This document shows positions 52,853 through 64,000 of a DNA stretch of 64,000 nt, in pieces. The notes under the pieces are model-generated. The model worked only from the letters and a program-made list of their open reading frames with translations. It made no database searches and was not told where the DNA came from. A program made the position numbers and the translations under genes. How positions within the stretch are numbered: the stretch's first letter is position 1; each line of letters begins with the position of its first letter. Origin of the DNA: Glycera tridactyla (lineage: Eukaryota); the NCBI GenBank assembly GCA_965644265.1, contig OZ286463.1, forward strand, positions 17,112,001 through 17,176,000, given 5' to 3'.

Positions 52853-53140
52853 GGTTTGTTTTTTGGGTGTTTGGGATTTAACGGCATGTATCAACCCAAA
52901 GGATTATGATATGCCGTGTATTCCTACTCAATGACAGCTATATGTTCTGTCCCTTGCAAGCATCACTTACACAAACCCTGAACACAAGATGATGGGAAAC
53001 CTGAAAGGTTGTCAAGTGAAAGTAGATGACAGTTCAGACACACCTCTACCTACTCAACATGAACAAACTGAATCTGATCATGGCATATCCAACCATGTGA
53101 CGGTCTGGAAGCTGACAATCAAACCTGATAGCAATGCTTT
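52853..53140 (-). mobile_element. Copy of the same SINE-like family
   Basis: Same body. On its own strand it ends cggcatat...atgccgttaaa followed by an AAAC-rich tail. Confidence 0.75.
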
Positions 53141-53351
53141 CTTTCGAGCAAAGCGCAGCACTTGAAATTGAGGGGGGTCATACCTGACAACATGTAGATA
53201 ACAGTAAGATTGGGCAGTAGAAGCCACAATTGGGGAACGGGATTATGTCAAATATACAGAAGATGTTGCGTTTCAGAATGAAGCTACCAATTAAATACAA
53301 TTCGGAGTTCAGGAGTATTCAGATCTCAGAGGTGAAGAATTTGCATATAAT

Positions 53352-53566
53352 TAGGGTTCTACATTGGCCAAAATATTTAGGGGCCACTCGGCTCCTAATT
53401 TGCAATTTTTGGAAGCCAGTGCAAAATATTGGTAGCCAGTCAATACGTTACAAATTACAAGCTCTCAAAATTTTATGAGTGACTGGCTCCCAACTTCTGA
53501 AATATGGTAGCCAGAGGGTGAATTTGGTAGCCATTGGCTACCCACAGGTAGCAATGTAGAGTCCTG
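53352..53566. mobile_element. MITE with 15-bp imperfect TIR
   Basis: TAGGGTTCTACATTG / CAATGTAGAGTCCTG with internal tggtagcca repeats. Target duplication is degenerate. Confidence 0.55.
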
Positions 53567-53644
53567 TGAAATATTCTGGGTGTCGGGGGCGGGGGGGGGG
53601 GGGGGGGGGGAATTAACACTCAGCCCCTCCCCACTTTTTTCAAT

Positions 53645-53843
53645 TTTGTTTTGTTTGTTTGTTTGAGGCTTAACGGCATGTATCAACCCACAGGATTATT
53701 TATGCCGTGTGTTCCTGGTTGATGAAAGCAAGATGTTCTCTCCCCTGCAGACATCACTCTCACAAACCCTGAACACAAGATGATGGGGAACCTGAAAGGT
53801 TGTCAAGTGGAAGTAGCTGACAGTTCAAACACACCTCTACCTA
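53645..53843 (-). mobile_element. Copy of the same SINE-like family (5'-truncated)
   Basis: Same body, cggcat/atgccg hairpin and (AAAC)n tail. Confidence 0.75.
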
Positions 53844-54396
53844 ATCTGCCACTTTTTTTTCAAATAGAATAGTTCTATATGTACAGTATAATCTGTATGC
53901 AGCAACTGCCCTCGGGAAATGAAAAAGTGGTTGATTAAGACAGATGATTGCTTAATACAGGTTCCACTGTATATGAAATTCTGCTTGAGTAAATTAATGT
54001 GTCAGGAGATGTACTGACATTTCCCAATTGAGTATGCATGCATACATATTTGTAAATGATGTACACGTGATTGGGATTACATGGCATTATACTGAATATA
54101 AGAGTACTTTGGATGCAGCTCTATTATCACATCATGCGGAGCATGAACTCTCGATCCTAATGAATTTCAGACTGATTCATCCAGTCATCAAAGTTACCAC
54201 AGCACTGGAAATCAGCAGATCCTGCAGTAAAGGGATTTCTACAGGACAGTTATGTTTATTGGGACCCAATAATTCAAAACTGTGTCCACCATAGGAAGCT
54301 CAATTCTGAAAAAAATCAGAACAGTAGGGGGACACCACTTCATTTGTCCTCTCCCATAATTACCTATACAAGTCCATGCTACTGCAAATCAAGAAC

Positions 54397-54402
54397 TTTA
54401 TT
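54397..54402 (-). terminator. Candidate Nup205 polyadenylation signal (AATAAA on - strand)
   Basis: AATAAA about 460 nt after the stop codon. Another candidate lies at 52495-52500. Confidence 0.4.
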
Positions 54403-54860
54403 GGACATCATTTTTTTGACACTTACTGATGAAATACTGCGATCCTAAAGGCGTTTATGTATTGATCTCATGTCATACTCTCCTCCCTCTGTGTCTCACT
54501 CCCCAATTCAGTTTGAACACAAAAACGGATGGACCTGTCTTGAATGCTCAAATGTAAGAGAAATGAACTTTCCCAACAGTCATTCTGAGATCTTGGTCCC
54601 ACTCAACACTGAAGGTTTGAGGTCAGGGAAGTGTGTTATTTCTGTGCAGATAGAATTAGGTGCATTCATGCAGTTAAACAATCCTTCCTCGTTCCCTATA
54701 CAAAAACACCAATTTCTAGTATCACAAACAGGTACACATTTCCTCAAGATGTACAAAATGTGGGAACATCATAATATGATGTCAAAGTTCTGTCGATCGA
54801 TATCTATGAAGATAATACTTCAAAAAGTCCATTTGATATGACGATGGCCAGCTGTTAATT

Positions 54861-54953
54861 TCACGCCGGAGCTGTGTGAAGTTTGAGTAATCGTTTAAGT
54901 CTGCGTATCAGTGCTCCCATGAATCCATATCGGCTGTTACTCTGTACATAGCA
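54861..54953 (-). CDS. Nup205: Nup205 last coding exon: CYVQSNSRYGFMGALIRRLKRLLKLHTAPA*
   Basis: ttttatcttgtttcag| acceptor, TGA at 54863-54861. The SRY.F..AL.RR..LL motif resembles the Nup205 C-terminus. Confidence 0.9.
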   Translation of the reverse strand, partial: CYVQSNSRYGFMGALIRRLKRLLKLHTAPA

Positions 54954-55101
54954 CTGAAACAAGATAAAAAGATAAATTCAACATTCACTGAGACATATAC
55001 ATACTAAATACTGATGATTAAAGTACCAGTGCAAAACTAGAGCTTTGTCACAGAGGTGACTAAAAATACCCCCGCCGCCACTTTGACACAGATTGTACGC
55101 A

Positions 55102-55567
55102 CATGGTTCATACAAGGTTCTTACGAAAAAATCCCAGAGTTTTTCCAGAACATTTCCAGTACACCATGAAGAATTTCCAGAACACACACAACCAATAAAT
55201 TTATGGTTTTCGAAATGAATGCCTCATAATTAATGGTGATTTTATATGTGCAGCATCAGCCACGAGAGGTAGTACGTCTGAACCACTTGGTTTTCTGAAA
55301 TTCTCCATTATGATGGTGATCACGATTTTTCATGTGCACATCTTGGTGGTCATTCTTAGATCTATCAGAACTATTGATGTCAATCAGCAAAAATGAGTGA
55401 AATTACTAGATTTTTGCTCATCTCCAGAACATAGGTATGAGTTCCAGAGTGCAAATCTCAAAATTCCAGTATTTTTCCAGAACAATAAAGTGAAAAACAT
55501 GTTTTCCAGAACATTTCCAGTATAGGAAATGATTTCCAGAACATTTCCAGAGTCTGTGCGAACCCTG
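55102..55567. mobile_element. 466-bp CAG-ended MITE with 6-bp target duplication TACGCA
   Basis: Imperfect TIRs CATGGTTCATACAAG / CTGTGCGAACCCTG, subterminal ttccagaacatttccag repeats, TACGCA at 55096-55101 and 55568-55573. Confidence 0.7.
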
Positions 55568-56019
55568 TACGCAATATGGCCAAGGGACAGCAAACCTGTC
55601 ACACCAAAAAGTGAGGTGGATTTCATAGAGGTCATTTACTGTTGAGATTATCACAGTCGCAGCTGTGGTAGCTCAGGTGGCCTTTATAGGCTGGTGGTCT
55701 TTATAGAAAGGTGGTCTCTTGGGCAGGTTTGACTGTGTATGTGGGGGGAGGGGGTTGAGGGAGCAAAGGAATAAATGGGGTCATTTATAGAAGAGCAACA
55801 ATGTCTATTACGGAGAACGTTACATAACCATGAAAGGAAAGCCAAGGGCAGTGTGAGAGGCCTTACCCCATACAAACAATTAATGAGCCTTGATGATTTC
55901 TGGCTGCCTCAAATTCCAAACTTACAGATACAACCAAACACACAAATACAAAAAATCCTATTTTTTCTCAAATTACTCTGGAATGAGTGGATCAATCTGC
56001 ACGGAAATTGTGTCTTGCA

Positions 56020-56194
56020 CATCTACACTTCATGGTGATGACATATGCCAAGTATCAATCCAATAGCTTGAGAAATGTGGGAGTAGTTCACGGGACAAAC
56101 TTTTGCGGACAGACCAACCGACCGACCGACCGACCAACAGAATGACTTCAGTATACCCCCTTCCAAACTTTGTTTGGGCGGGGATATAATAAAA
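56020..56194 (-). mobile_element. Second HINE/DINE-like 5' end (truncated)
   Basis: - strand reads ttttattatatccccgcccaaacaaagtttggaagggggtatac (hairpin) followed by a (GGTC)n microsatellite, the same layout as the 36559 element. Confidence 0.7.
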
Positions 56195-56783
56195 GTGTTT
56201 TGGGGCTTTTTCCCGGTGTCTTGGATAAAGACCAAGATGATGACATAGCAATTCTAACCTGCAGAGTTGCATCTAGAAATTTGGAAACATGGCAGGCCAT
56301 GACATGAGGCTCTTCGGCCAGTTGTTCATGTGGGTGGGTGACAGCAAAGCTCTGCTTTTCTTCCCAGGAAACTTAGTTGTACGTGTTCAATATGAGTTAT
56401 AGTCCATGAAGAAAACTGCAGTTGTCCAGAGGTGAACTAGGACATAAACCTTATTTGTCCCCCATGTATTTCTGCTTCTGTTGAACAATGGGACAACCCT
56501 GAATGTCATACCCTGAACATGACGTCCTCACTAAATATTTACAATAGCAAACAAAATCGCTATTTCAGAGTCACAAGAGCAGTTCTGTTTGTCTTACAAA
56601 TGAATAGGTATACTAATCGAAGAGCCTTAAGATGAGAAATCATAGCAGCTATATGTGTGTCCATAATGAGTTGAAGAGTAGCCCAGGGTCGGTGCCTTGT
56701 GATTTGAGGGCACTTGAAATATTGAAAAAACAGGAGGCTTTTACCAGAGAAACCCAAGATGTCATATCATGAATCCAACTCAC

Positions 56784-56950
56784 CTGATCAATTTCATGTA
56801 GTTTTTTGAATAGTGACTCATTAATTGTAGCGATAGCATCTACTTTCAGTTGTTCTAATTCGTCTCTGCTGATGGAGGATTGTGCAATGTCCGACATATT
56901 CTGACTTTCATCCATGTAGCTGTCACGACTGAACTGCCCCGTCGACACCT
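56784..56950 (-). CDS. Nup205: Nup205 exon: EVSTGQFSRDSYMDESQNMSDIAQSSISRDELEQLKVDAIATINESLFKKLHEIDQ
   Basis: tttatttcttcag| acceptor, CAG|GTGAGT donor, 167 nt. Confidence 0.92.
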
Positions 56951-57397
56951 CTGAAGAAATAAAACAGCAAACGACAACTTATTTACAAATAATACCGCTT
57001 TCCTGCTGCAAACTGTCCAAAAGAATAACCCATGTAGGGAGTTTGGTATTACAGTGAAACCTGTAAAGAGACAGATCACTTCTAAAGGGCACCCTGAGTG
57101 GTGACTGACATTTTGTCTGGGGTAAACGACTGCTACAAATGCCATTTGTCTACAAGGACCACTTTCTGTAGCAACCAAGGTAGGTCTTTGTAGACAGGTT
57201 GGACTTCAATTTTATTTCAATTCCTGTCTCACGCAACCACCCCTCAGATATTTTCATAGAACTACGTCTGAGCCATAATTCAAACAATCATCGAATTTGA
57301 AATGCTTGAAAAGGGGGTGGTCTTGTCAGTCTAGAAGAGAAATGTGGAAATAATTCAGGAACTTCAGCCACATTTCAAGATCGCATAATTTCCTTAC

Positions 57398-57532
57398 CAT
57401 AGAGACGCCTCATCTGTTGCTGTTTCTTGGTGTGCAGCTTCATCAGGGACATCCCGGACTCCGACGGTACGCAGTGCATGAGATAATAGTCCAAGTGTCG
57501 CCATAAGATAAATAGGCAGTTTTCAATAACAT
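57398..57532 (-). CDS. Nup205: Nup205 exon: YVIENCLFILWRHLDYYLMHCVPSESGMSLMKLHTKKQQQMRRLY
   Basis: cag| acceptor, G|GTAAGG donor, 135 nt, conserved IE.CLFILWRHL.YY motif. Confidence 0.93.
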
Positions 57533-57599
57533 CTGGGCCTTGTTAAGGAAACAGCTTTCAAATTTCAGAATTCAGGAGTACAAATATGTTAGAAAGGTA

Positions 57600-57900
57600 C
57601 AAACTATAACATGATAAAGATCTTATTATTATTACATTCATCCAGGAACTCACTTTGAAGATTGAAACATTTGGATGCAATCCTAAGACCGGCTGAAGAA
57701 CAAAAACTCTGAGCACCAGCCTGGTGGCACTCTTCACCAAGATTTTGTGGATCAAAAAACTCAATGAACTGCTGACTAATGTCTACTTTAAATAATGCTA
57801 TATCTCCTTTAATTATGATCCGATTTTCATGATCTAAAAGCCAAAATAATCGGCATTGAAAACTGCTATCTGTCATATGTATCACTTGCTGCATTCATAA
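57600..57900 (-). pseudogene. Short RTE-like RT relic in a Nup205 intron
   Basis: KGDIALF...NLGEECHQAG...GLRI resembles YADDI.L...L.EES...GL.IN. Confidence 0.3.
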
Positions 57901-58303
57901 TGAATTGACCAATGAAACACATGAAAACCAGTTTTATATCCATCCTCACTTGTGACCAATGTAAATCAAACCTGCCAACAAAAGGAAGCTGACACGTAAC
58001 ACAAATAAGATGGCAGGCATGTCAAATCATATTCTCCCTCTATCTATGCGTGTATTTTGCGGAATGTTCGGCGAATATCGATGTTAATGCAGCGAAAGAT
58101 CAGCGGGCGATATTAGGAGTATTTGGTATGTATATGTGTGTTCGCAACTGGGCCCAGTTGATCGAACCTCCGACAAGCGACCACCTGTCTTGAGCAAACA
58201 CTTTTTCGTGCATTCTAAGGTGGTCGCTCGTGACAGGTTTTACTGTACAACCAACAGTGATCAATATAAGACAGCATAAGCTAGATAAACCACTCAAGGA
58301 TAC

Positions 58304-58418
58304 AGGCTAGATGGCGTAACTGTTGGGTCTTGTTGCTGATCTCCGCAACCAATTTTTGTTCAGCGAGCTGATGCCGCTTTTGACTGACGATCTTTTCCTG
58401 GCCCATCACACCACACAA
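58304..58418 (-). CDS. Nup205: Nup205 exon: LCGVMGQEKIVSQKRHQLAEQKLVAEISNKTQQLRHLA
   Basis: atttctttgcag| acceptor, phase-1 donor T|GTATCC, 115 nt. Confidence 0.88.
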
Positions 58419-58926
58419 CTGCAAAGAAATCAAATAAGCATTGATAATTCAGGGATTGATCCGCAATTTTCCATATACCTACAGTGAAATCTGCAACAAG
58501 AGAACACCCTATATCATTACAAGGGTTCCATCACTTGCATCACTACAGATCCTGATTTGATTGGATAGAATGGAAACAAGTACGCTGCAAAAATCAAACA
58601 TGTCAATGACCTCAACAAGATTTTCTGACTTATCCACTCAATACTCTCAACATTATCTGTTTTGAAATCTCCAGCAACTTCCAAACTTCTATTTTCTTCC
58701 AATTCTTTCAAATATTTTAAACATTAGCATCAATGTATTATCAAAACACATCTGTCTAGCCAAAATCTTGTCATAAATAATCATAACTGTCAATCAAATT
58801 ATTGTACAGTGAGCAATTTTGCAATTTCCTGTGCTTTTTATTTACAGAAAATGAGACTTTCCAATTGATGGAAAATCATTATTTTTCATGACTCATACAG
58901 ACCATATCATTGATTATCATCATCAA

Positions 58927-59044
58927 TACAGTGAAATCTGTGACAAGAGACCACTTTTTCAGGGCAGATTTTCTATTTATCATAGTCAAATATACCTCTG
59001 AAGAGAGAATACCTCTATTGGGACTAATCACAGGTTTCACTGTG
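58927..59044. mobile_element. Degenerate TA-MITE; further partial copies near 3598, 18110-18183, 53882-53971, 55589-55737, 57050-57206, 58150-58248 and 58478
   Basis: TACAGTGAAATCTG ... CAGGTTTCACTG termini similar to the 3057 copy. Confidence 0.6.
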
Positions 59045-59079
59045 ATATTATTATCCAATATATTTGCGGATTAACTCAC

Positions 59080-59246
59080 CTCTTTCAGTTCGTCGGTGGT
59101 GAGTGAAGGTATGGAATCAAGTTTGCGCAGCAGCTGCTTGTGTGTGTCGAATGCTGTCAGAAACAGCGTCGTCACTTGCCGCAGCATGAAGACTATGATA
59201 CCCAAGTTGGGTGGCTGCATGGCCGCCATATTCACTGCCTGGAAAC
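59080..59246 (-). CDS. Nup205: Nup205 exon: GFQAVNMAAMQPPNLGIIVFMLRQVTTLFLTAFDTHKQLLRKLDSIPSLTTDELKE
   Basis: ttgtag| acceptor, GAG|GTGAGT donor, 167 nt. Confidence 0.92.
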
Positions 59247-59657
59247 CTACAATCCAACACAAACATGTACGAATGTAATAAACAGTGATGTCAATGAGAT
59301 GAAGCTAAATATTCGGAAATATGGAAACATTTTCAAAACTACCCCCCACATATCATCAAAAGTATTTGTTCTGAAATTACCAACCAGATTTTAGCAATTT
59401 CTGAAAGTAATATTTTTCACCCGATTTTTGGATTTCTGAAAATTCGTGGAAAATTGGCACCACTGAATATATGACATGTTGACAGTGGGTGTGAAACAGA
59501 TGTTTCATTACACAAGTAATCAAAATGCTTGTCCAGTAAAGCTAATGGTATTTGCCAATCTTTGTAGAACACTTAACTGCAGTCTCATAAACTGTCCTTG
59601 GTTGGCGCATCCATAATATTTTCATAGCATTTTTTTCAAAGATATTGTACAACTTAC

Positions 59658-59738
59658 CATCGCTACCTGAGAGATCACGGCTGTTTGCTTCCAACAAACT
59701 TGCGTTGAATAATAAACGGGAATATTGTGCATTGGTAG
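59658..59738 (-). CDS. Nup205: Nup205 exon: ATNAQYSRLLFNASLLEANSRDLSGSD
   Basis: gctgttgcag| acceptor, G|GTAAGT donor, 81 nt, phase 1-1. Confidence 0.85.
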
Positions 59739-60366
59739 CTGCAACAGCAATACAAATCAAATTACAAGTAAATTTTGCATTCTGTGAATCACTTCTCGTT
59801 ATTCTCTTAAATGGCTCCACATCTATCTAAGAGATGATGCTGCCATGCTGGCATATATTTGTCATGTATAAAAACCATTGACCCTAATTTCTATCATTTA
59901 CTAATAAGATCCTCCAGCATGGGCCGATAAACTCTCATAGCTGTTTACTGGAAATGCGGTCGTCTGAAAGACGACCTTTCAGGTAAGTCCTGTCTCCAAC
60001 TTCCCAATTTAATCCCTAATAATTTGCACACTTCTTCTCTCAGTATGGGACACATTTTTTAATATCAGAATATCACCACACAATACAAATACAAAGAGGA
60101 GTATGCAGGTCCGATGTAATATCATATGTCAATTTGAGCATATCTGATCAATAGAGTTGTTAAACATCCAAAACTCCTGGAACTGATTCTGAACTGTTGC
60201 TCATCAAAACATTCAAATACTTTCATATAATTCTTTTCTTTTCTAATGTCAGTTACCGAGTGTGCCTTTACGAATGCAGTTTCTCCCAGTTCCATCCAAA
60301 TCAGGGCTTGGCTTGTAGAAACCCACAATAACTTTTAACAGGAATTCAATTGAATTCATAACTCAC

Positions 60367-60621
60367 CTGATTTTGATACAAGTGCCCGACAGAATGACGT
60401 CACATTTGCGGCCACCTGTTCTACTGTAAGCTGGATCTGGGCTTGTGTGTTGGTATCCTCGCTAGAAGCACCTTCTGCCAGTAAGTTTTTGATCTGCGCC
60501 TGTAACCTGTCCGAGAAGCAGTACCGCGGTAGTAACGCAATCATCTGCCTCTGAATGCGACCAACGTGGCCTCGGAACTCCAGTCCAGCGACATCTCCGA
60601 GAACCAGGCTGTCCTCCCCAT
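60367..60621 (-). CDS. Nup205: Nup205 exon: DGEDSLVLGDVAGLEFRGHVGRIQRQMIALLPRYCFSDRL...VAANVTSFCRALVSKS
   Basis: ttctcattcag| acceptor, CAG|GTGAGT donor, 255 nt, phase 1-1. Confidence 0.92.
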
Positions 60622-61464
60622 CTGAATGAGAAAGTGAAGGATAACTTGAAATCAGCAGCTAACAATGTTTCTCCTTTTTCTTGGATGCCGACATTGATGA
60701 CTAATCTTAGTAATGATGGCCACATTTGCAATGATAGAATGAGAGGATCCCAAATTTCTTGGAGTAATGTTATAAGTAAAACGCCTGATTACGCCAAATT
60801 CATGCTTGGCATCTCAGCTTTTGGAACTCATAACCCATTTTGGACAACGTGAAATAGGGATTGAACCTTGTATGCAAGCATCGCAAGCCTAGTTGCCTTC
60901 GAAATTTAAATATTCTGGGCCCCAAACAAAAATCTAATTGTGCACTTTTTTGCATGGGATTTGGGAAAGCACACAACAATCCAATTATGAAGTCCCCTTG
61001 TTTCCACGTCATTCACATATTTTGGGCTCAGGATTTCCAACATTGGGCCATTCGCTCTCCTGAATTTGAGAAAAGGCGACATCCTCAATGCCCTCCATCT
61101 GGATGCAACCCTGGCAGTGCACTTTGGTAGGCAAGAATATGTATTGAAAGAGCTTCAGTGACAATGACAATGACAAACTCGTTAATTTGGTGAAAAACAG
61201 CAACATTTACATGGATTACAGTACAATAAGAATATTTCAAGCGTTCAGACCCTCAGGACTGTTTATTCTGCTGCGACCGTTCCTGCTGGTGTGAATTTTG
61301 GAATGTTCCAATAGTTGGTGAGTCTCTAATACTCCAAGCAGTATCCATGAAATATTCAATGACCGTACCCGTCCTAAAAGATGGCTGGGGATGACTGGAT
61401 CCCAAATAATCCTCATCTCTGTAATATAAGGCAGCCATTCATGAGTGTGAAACCTGAATCTTAC

Positions 61465-61597
61465 CATCGATAGCTGCCCTGCTGATGACGTCAGTTGTGA
61501 GCGCCAATTCTTGTAAGGCGGGAAGGAAGAGTGTACTATTGCGATCTCGCAATATCATGATGAATACATCGCTGTGACTCACGACAAACTGCAGAAC
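61465..61597 (-). CDS. Nup205: Nup205 exon: VLQFVVSHSDVFIMILRDRNSTLFLPALQELALTTDVISRAAID
   Basis: tttctctttccag| acceptor, G|GTAAGA donor, 133 nt. Confidence 0.93.
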
Positions 61598-61960
61598 CTG
61601 GAAAGAGAAACAAGTGGGGGTGATTTCACAGTCACTATCACTTTCCATACACACAGATGGCTTTTGATATCTCAGTTGGCATGCACTGGGTTTTGGGGAT
61701 GAAGATTCTTGTTTCTGTATATCGCATGTCAGACAGTAGATCTATGTTTTGTGTTGAAAAAGAATTATGACTGGGAAACATGCAGTTCTAATACACGAGG
61801 GAAGGGTCCTTCCGTTGCCATGAATGTAGAAGTGATAGAAATGTTCAATTATTGATATGCATGATAAATTACCGAATGTGCCCCAAGTGGCCGAAGGCAT
61901 TTTGTACAGATTCATATTCTCTTCACTTTTGAATAGAGTGAAGTGAACTCCTAGGCTTAC

Positions 61961-62090
61961 CTGATGTGTTGCGGTCTTATTTTCTACACCGAGAGATGTC
62001 AGAACAGCCAGACACAACTTCAGAACTGGAAAGAGTAACTGACGATATCGCTGCATCACACTTGGAATGAAACTCGACATCTCCTCTGGT
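61961..62090 (-). CDS. Nup205: Nup205 exon: PEEMSSFIPSVMQRYRQLLFPVLKLCLAVLTSLGVENKTATHQ
   Basis: ttctttgtag| acceptor, CAG|GTAAGC donor, 130 nt. Confidence 0.92.
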
Positions 62091-62514
62091 CTACAAAGAA
62101 AAAAAAATCCAACAGTTGAGGATTACAATTAAGATATCTTCGAAATATGTGCAAAAATCCAGCTATGTCTGATTATAAGCTCAACGGATGGTGCGGCATT
62201 CAAGAGCAAAACAGAGCTAATTTCGCCTCAAAAAGTCATCAGTTTCAAAGAACCACAAATGGTGCCATCTTTTTTGTGAACAACTACTTATTCCTAGGAG
62301 TAGAGATGAAGAACCTCAAACTTGGGAACCCTAGATTTATCAACCATCATGATGTTTGACAGGCCTGATCTTAGAATGATGTTAGCCGAACTCTTGACCA
62401 GCACTTGAATGAATCTTCATTTTATTATTCACTGAAAGAGAGATGAATTCAGTTAGTATGATGAACTACGGTGGAAAAATCTCCGATATATTTCAGAGGA
62501 AAACACCACATGAA

Positions 62515-64000
62515 AAATGGTTTGTTAAACGAGACTTACCTTAGTAAGGTGTAAGTTTGACGTACAACATTTGGGAAAACAGCTACGAGAGTTTATAGGA
62601 GAGAGGGCGCCACAATCGACACGTATATTCGTCACATTTTACAGCTGCGAATTCTAACTATTTTGAGAGTTTATAGGCATTATATATATATAATGGGTGG
62701 GCCCAGTGGTGGGCCTATAAACTCTCGTAGCTGTTTTCCCAAATGTTGTACGTCAAACTTACACCTTACTAAGGTAAGTCTCGTTTAACAAACCAACATT
62801 TGTGAAAACGCTACTCCGTTTCTAGGAGATTTCAAAGCATATTCATAGTTAGAATGAGCTCACCTATTATATAGGTATCCAACTCTTTTGCATCGCAGAT
62901 TTTTGTTCTAATCACCTCACGTGTTAGAACTTTTGGTATCCATATCCATATCAATCCTGTTACTTCATGAGTATAAGGATAATTTCCATCATCGATTGTG
63001 AAACAACATGGATGATTTCCCTATACAATATAGGGATGCGACGATAGTTCATTGTGCCTTTGCACGATATATTTACATCAGAATAGTCCATATCTATTTA
63101 TGGCGAATTTCTGTGGGCCTCAATACTGCTGAGGCAAATTCATCGTGCTGATGAATTGGTTTGTGATAATGTCTCGCAAATGTGGACTCATTTGACCATC
63201 CTGCAGCCTTCATTATCGAAGATATTGGCAGGGACATGGCAGCTTTGCTTGTTGAGGCCGATCGCGTACTGTGTGCAGTGTAGATCTCTACATCTATACC
63301 TGCTTCTTTCATCATGCTCTTTATCCATCTCTTTATGGTATCCCTGGTGGCAGGTCCATAAGGTTTGACAGTGATCAGAAAAAGTCTTTCGCTTGTAGTT
63401 CTGACATAATTACTGCGACGGATATATTCTCGTAGGCAGGTCAATACACATAAGCTTTCCTCATAAAATTTAGGAAAGTGAACAGTCAAAGGTACTCCTT
63501 TCTTTTTACACTTGAGTCTATCCATAACCACAAAACATGCACAATCTTCTGATAATTTCATGGTATTCAGATTAAGCAGATGTAGAGTTTGTGAGCGTTG
63601 CCCTGTTACTAGGGCAGCTAACATTGCAAGTTTATGTGTCAGCATTCTGAGAGGTAGCTCTGTATTGCGTGGTAAATTCCGTATGTAGGCTAGGACTACA
63701 TCTGGATCCCATACTTCTGTATGTGTTTTAGAAGGTGCTTGTCCTTCTGCTATACCCTTCATTAGTCTATCCAGGAGGAAGGAATGAGGAGTAAAGTTCA
63801 AGTTAAAAGAAATAACGTTCATAACTGCGGCCTTGGCCGTATTGATAGTGCTATATGATAGTCCCCTATCTTTGAGATGCATGATGAATTCAGCTAATTC
63901 TCTGTCCATAGGAAGACTGGGATTGTAATTCCGTCTCTCTGCAAAACTTTGCCACTGGCGAATGTAGCATGAGTATTGGGTTCGAGTTCCAATACTCCAT
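62515..64000 (-). mobile_element. DIRS1-like YR retrotransposon, 3' portion (YR ORF, internal complementary region and right terminal repeat), inside a Nup205 intron
   Basis: YR ORF followed by a perfect 81-bp inverted repeat (62519-62599 versus 62714-62794) containing ttaaacgagacttacc...ggtaagtctcgtttaa. This ICR/terminal architecture is typical of DIRS1-like elements. Confidence 0.88.
63094..64000 (-). CDS. Tyrosine recombinase ORF of a DIRS1-like retrotransposon (5'-truncated by the window edge)
   Basis: Uninterrupted frame from the window end (WSIGTRTQYSCYIRQWQSF...) through VWDPDVVL, LVTGQRSQTL, CVLTCLREYI, AHSTRSAS, AAGWSNESTFARHY. The R-H-R-W-Y catalytic residues are present. Confidence 0.93.
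   Translation of the reverse strand, partial: WSIGTRTQYSCYIRQWQSFAERRNYNPSLPMDRELAEFIMHLKDRGLSYSTINTAKAAVMNVISFNLNFTPHSFLLDRLMKGIAEGQAPSKTHTEVWDPDVVLAYIRNLPRNTELPLRMLTHKLAMLAALVTGQRSQTLHLLNLNTMKLSEDCACFVVMDRLKCKKKGVPLTVHFPKFYEESLCVLTCLREYIRRSNYVRTTSERLFLITVKPYGPATRDTIKRWIKSMMKEAGIDVEIYTAHSTRSASTSKAAMSLPISSIMKAAGWSNESTFARHYHKPIHQHDEFASAVLRPTEIRHK

Larger units (their letters stand above)
54861..62090 (-). other. Nup205: Nuclear pore complex protein Nup205, 3' part of the gene (9 coding exons, about 424 C-terminal aa); the gene continues beyond the window
   Basis: Spliced translation (FIPSVMQRYRQLLFPVLKLC, VLQFVVSHSD, LQELALTTDVISRAA, GHVGRIQRQ, PNLGIIVFML, YVIENCLFILWRHLDYY, SRYGFMGALIRRL) matches my recollection of the metazoan Nup205 C-terminus. 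All phases join. Confidence 0.93.

Noticed and set aside
62519-62794. 81-bp perfect inverted repeat as a miRNA hairpin or standalone MITE
   Set aside because: Fully explained by the ICR/terminal-repeat structure of the adjacent DIRS element.

Overview
This is eukaryotic (animal) genomic DNA, AT-rich and intron-rich. The Syt1 sequence suggests a spiralian/lophotrochozoan invertebrate (inference). All annotation was done by hand, with no searches run. (1) The + strand carries the complete coding region of synaptotagmin-1 (5010-44449, about 427-431 aa). It has TWO pairs of duplicated, frame-incompatible exons that must be mutually exclusive: a transmembrane/juxtamembrane pair (6848-7008, 7107-7279) and a C2B pair (38541-38674, 40447-40580). 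It also has the +/-VQ tandem acceptor. (2) The - strand carries the last 9 coding exons of nucleoporin Nup205 (62090 to 54861). A young DIRS1-like tyrosine-recombinase retrotransposon sits in one of its introns (about 62515 to beyond the window end). (3) Between the two genes is a strong multi-CCAAT promoter (about 48280-48590). It plausibly drives a spliced antisense, apparently non-coding, transcript that crosses the Syt1 last exon and 3' UTR and ends inside the last Syt1 intron (about 42240). (4) Introns are full of repeats: Helentron-type non-autonomous elements (one with an array of nuclear-receptor-like AGGTCA repeats), TA-target MITEs, CAG-ended MITEs with 6-bp target duplications, a SINE-like family, tandem arrays and decayed LINE/YR relics. 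There is one assembly gap (13109-13275). No CRISPR, rRNA or tRNA is supported.
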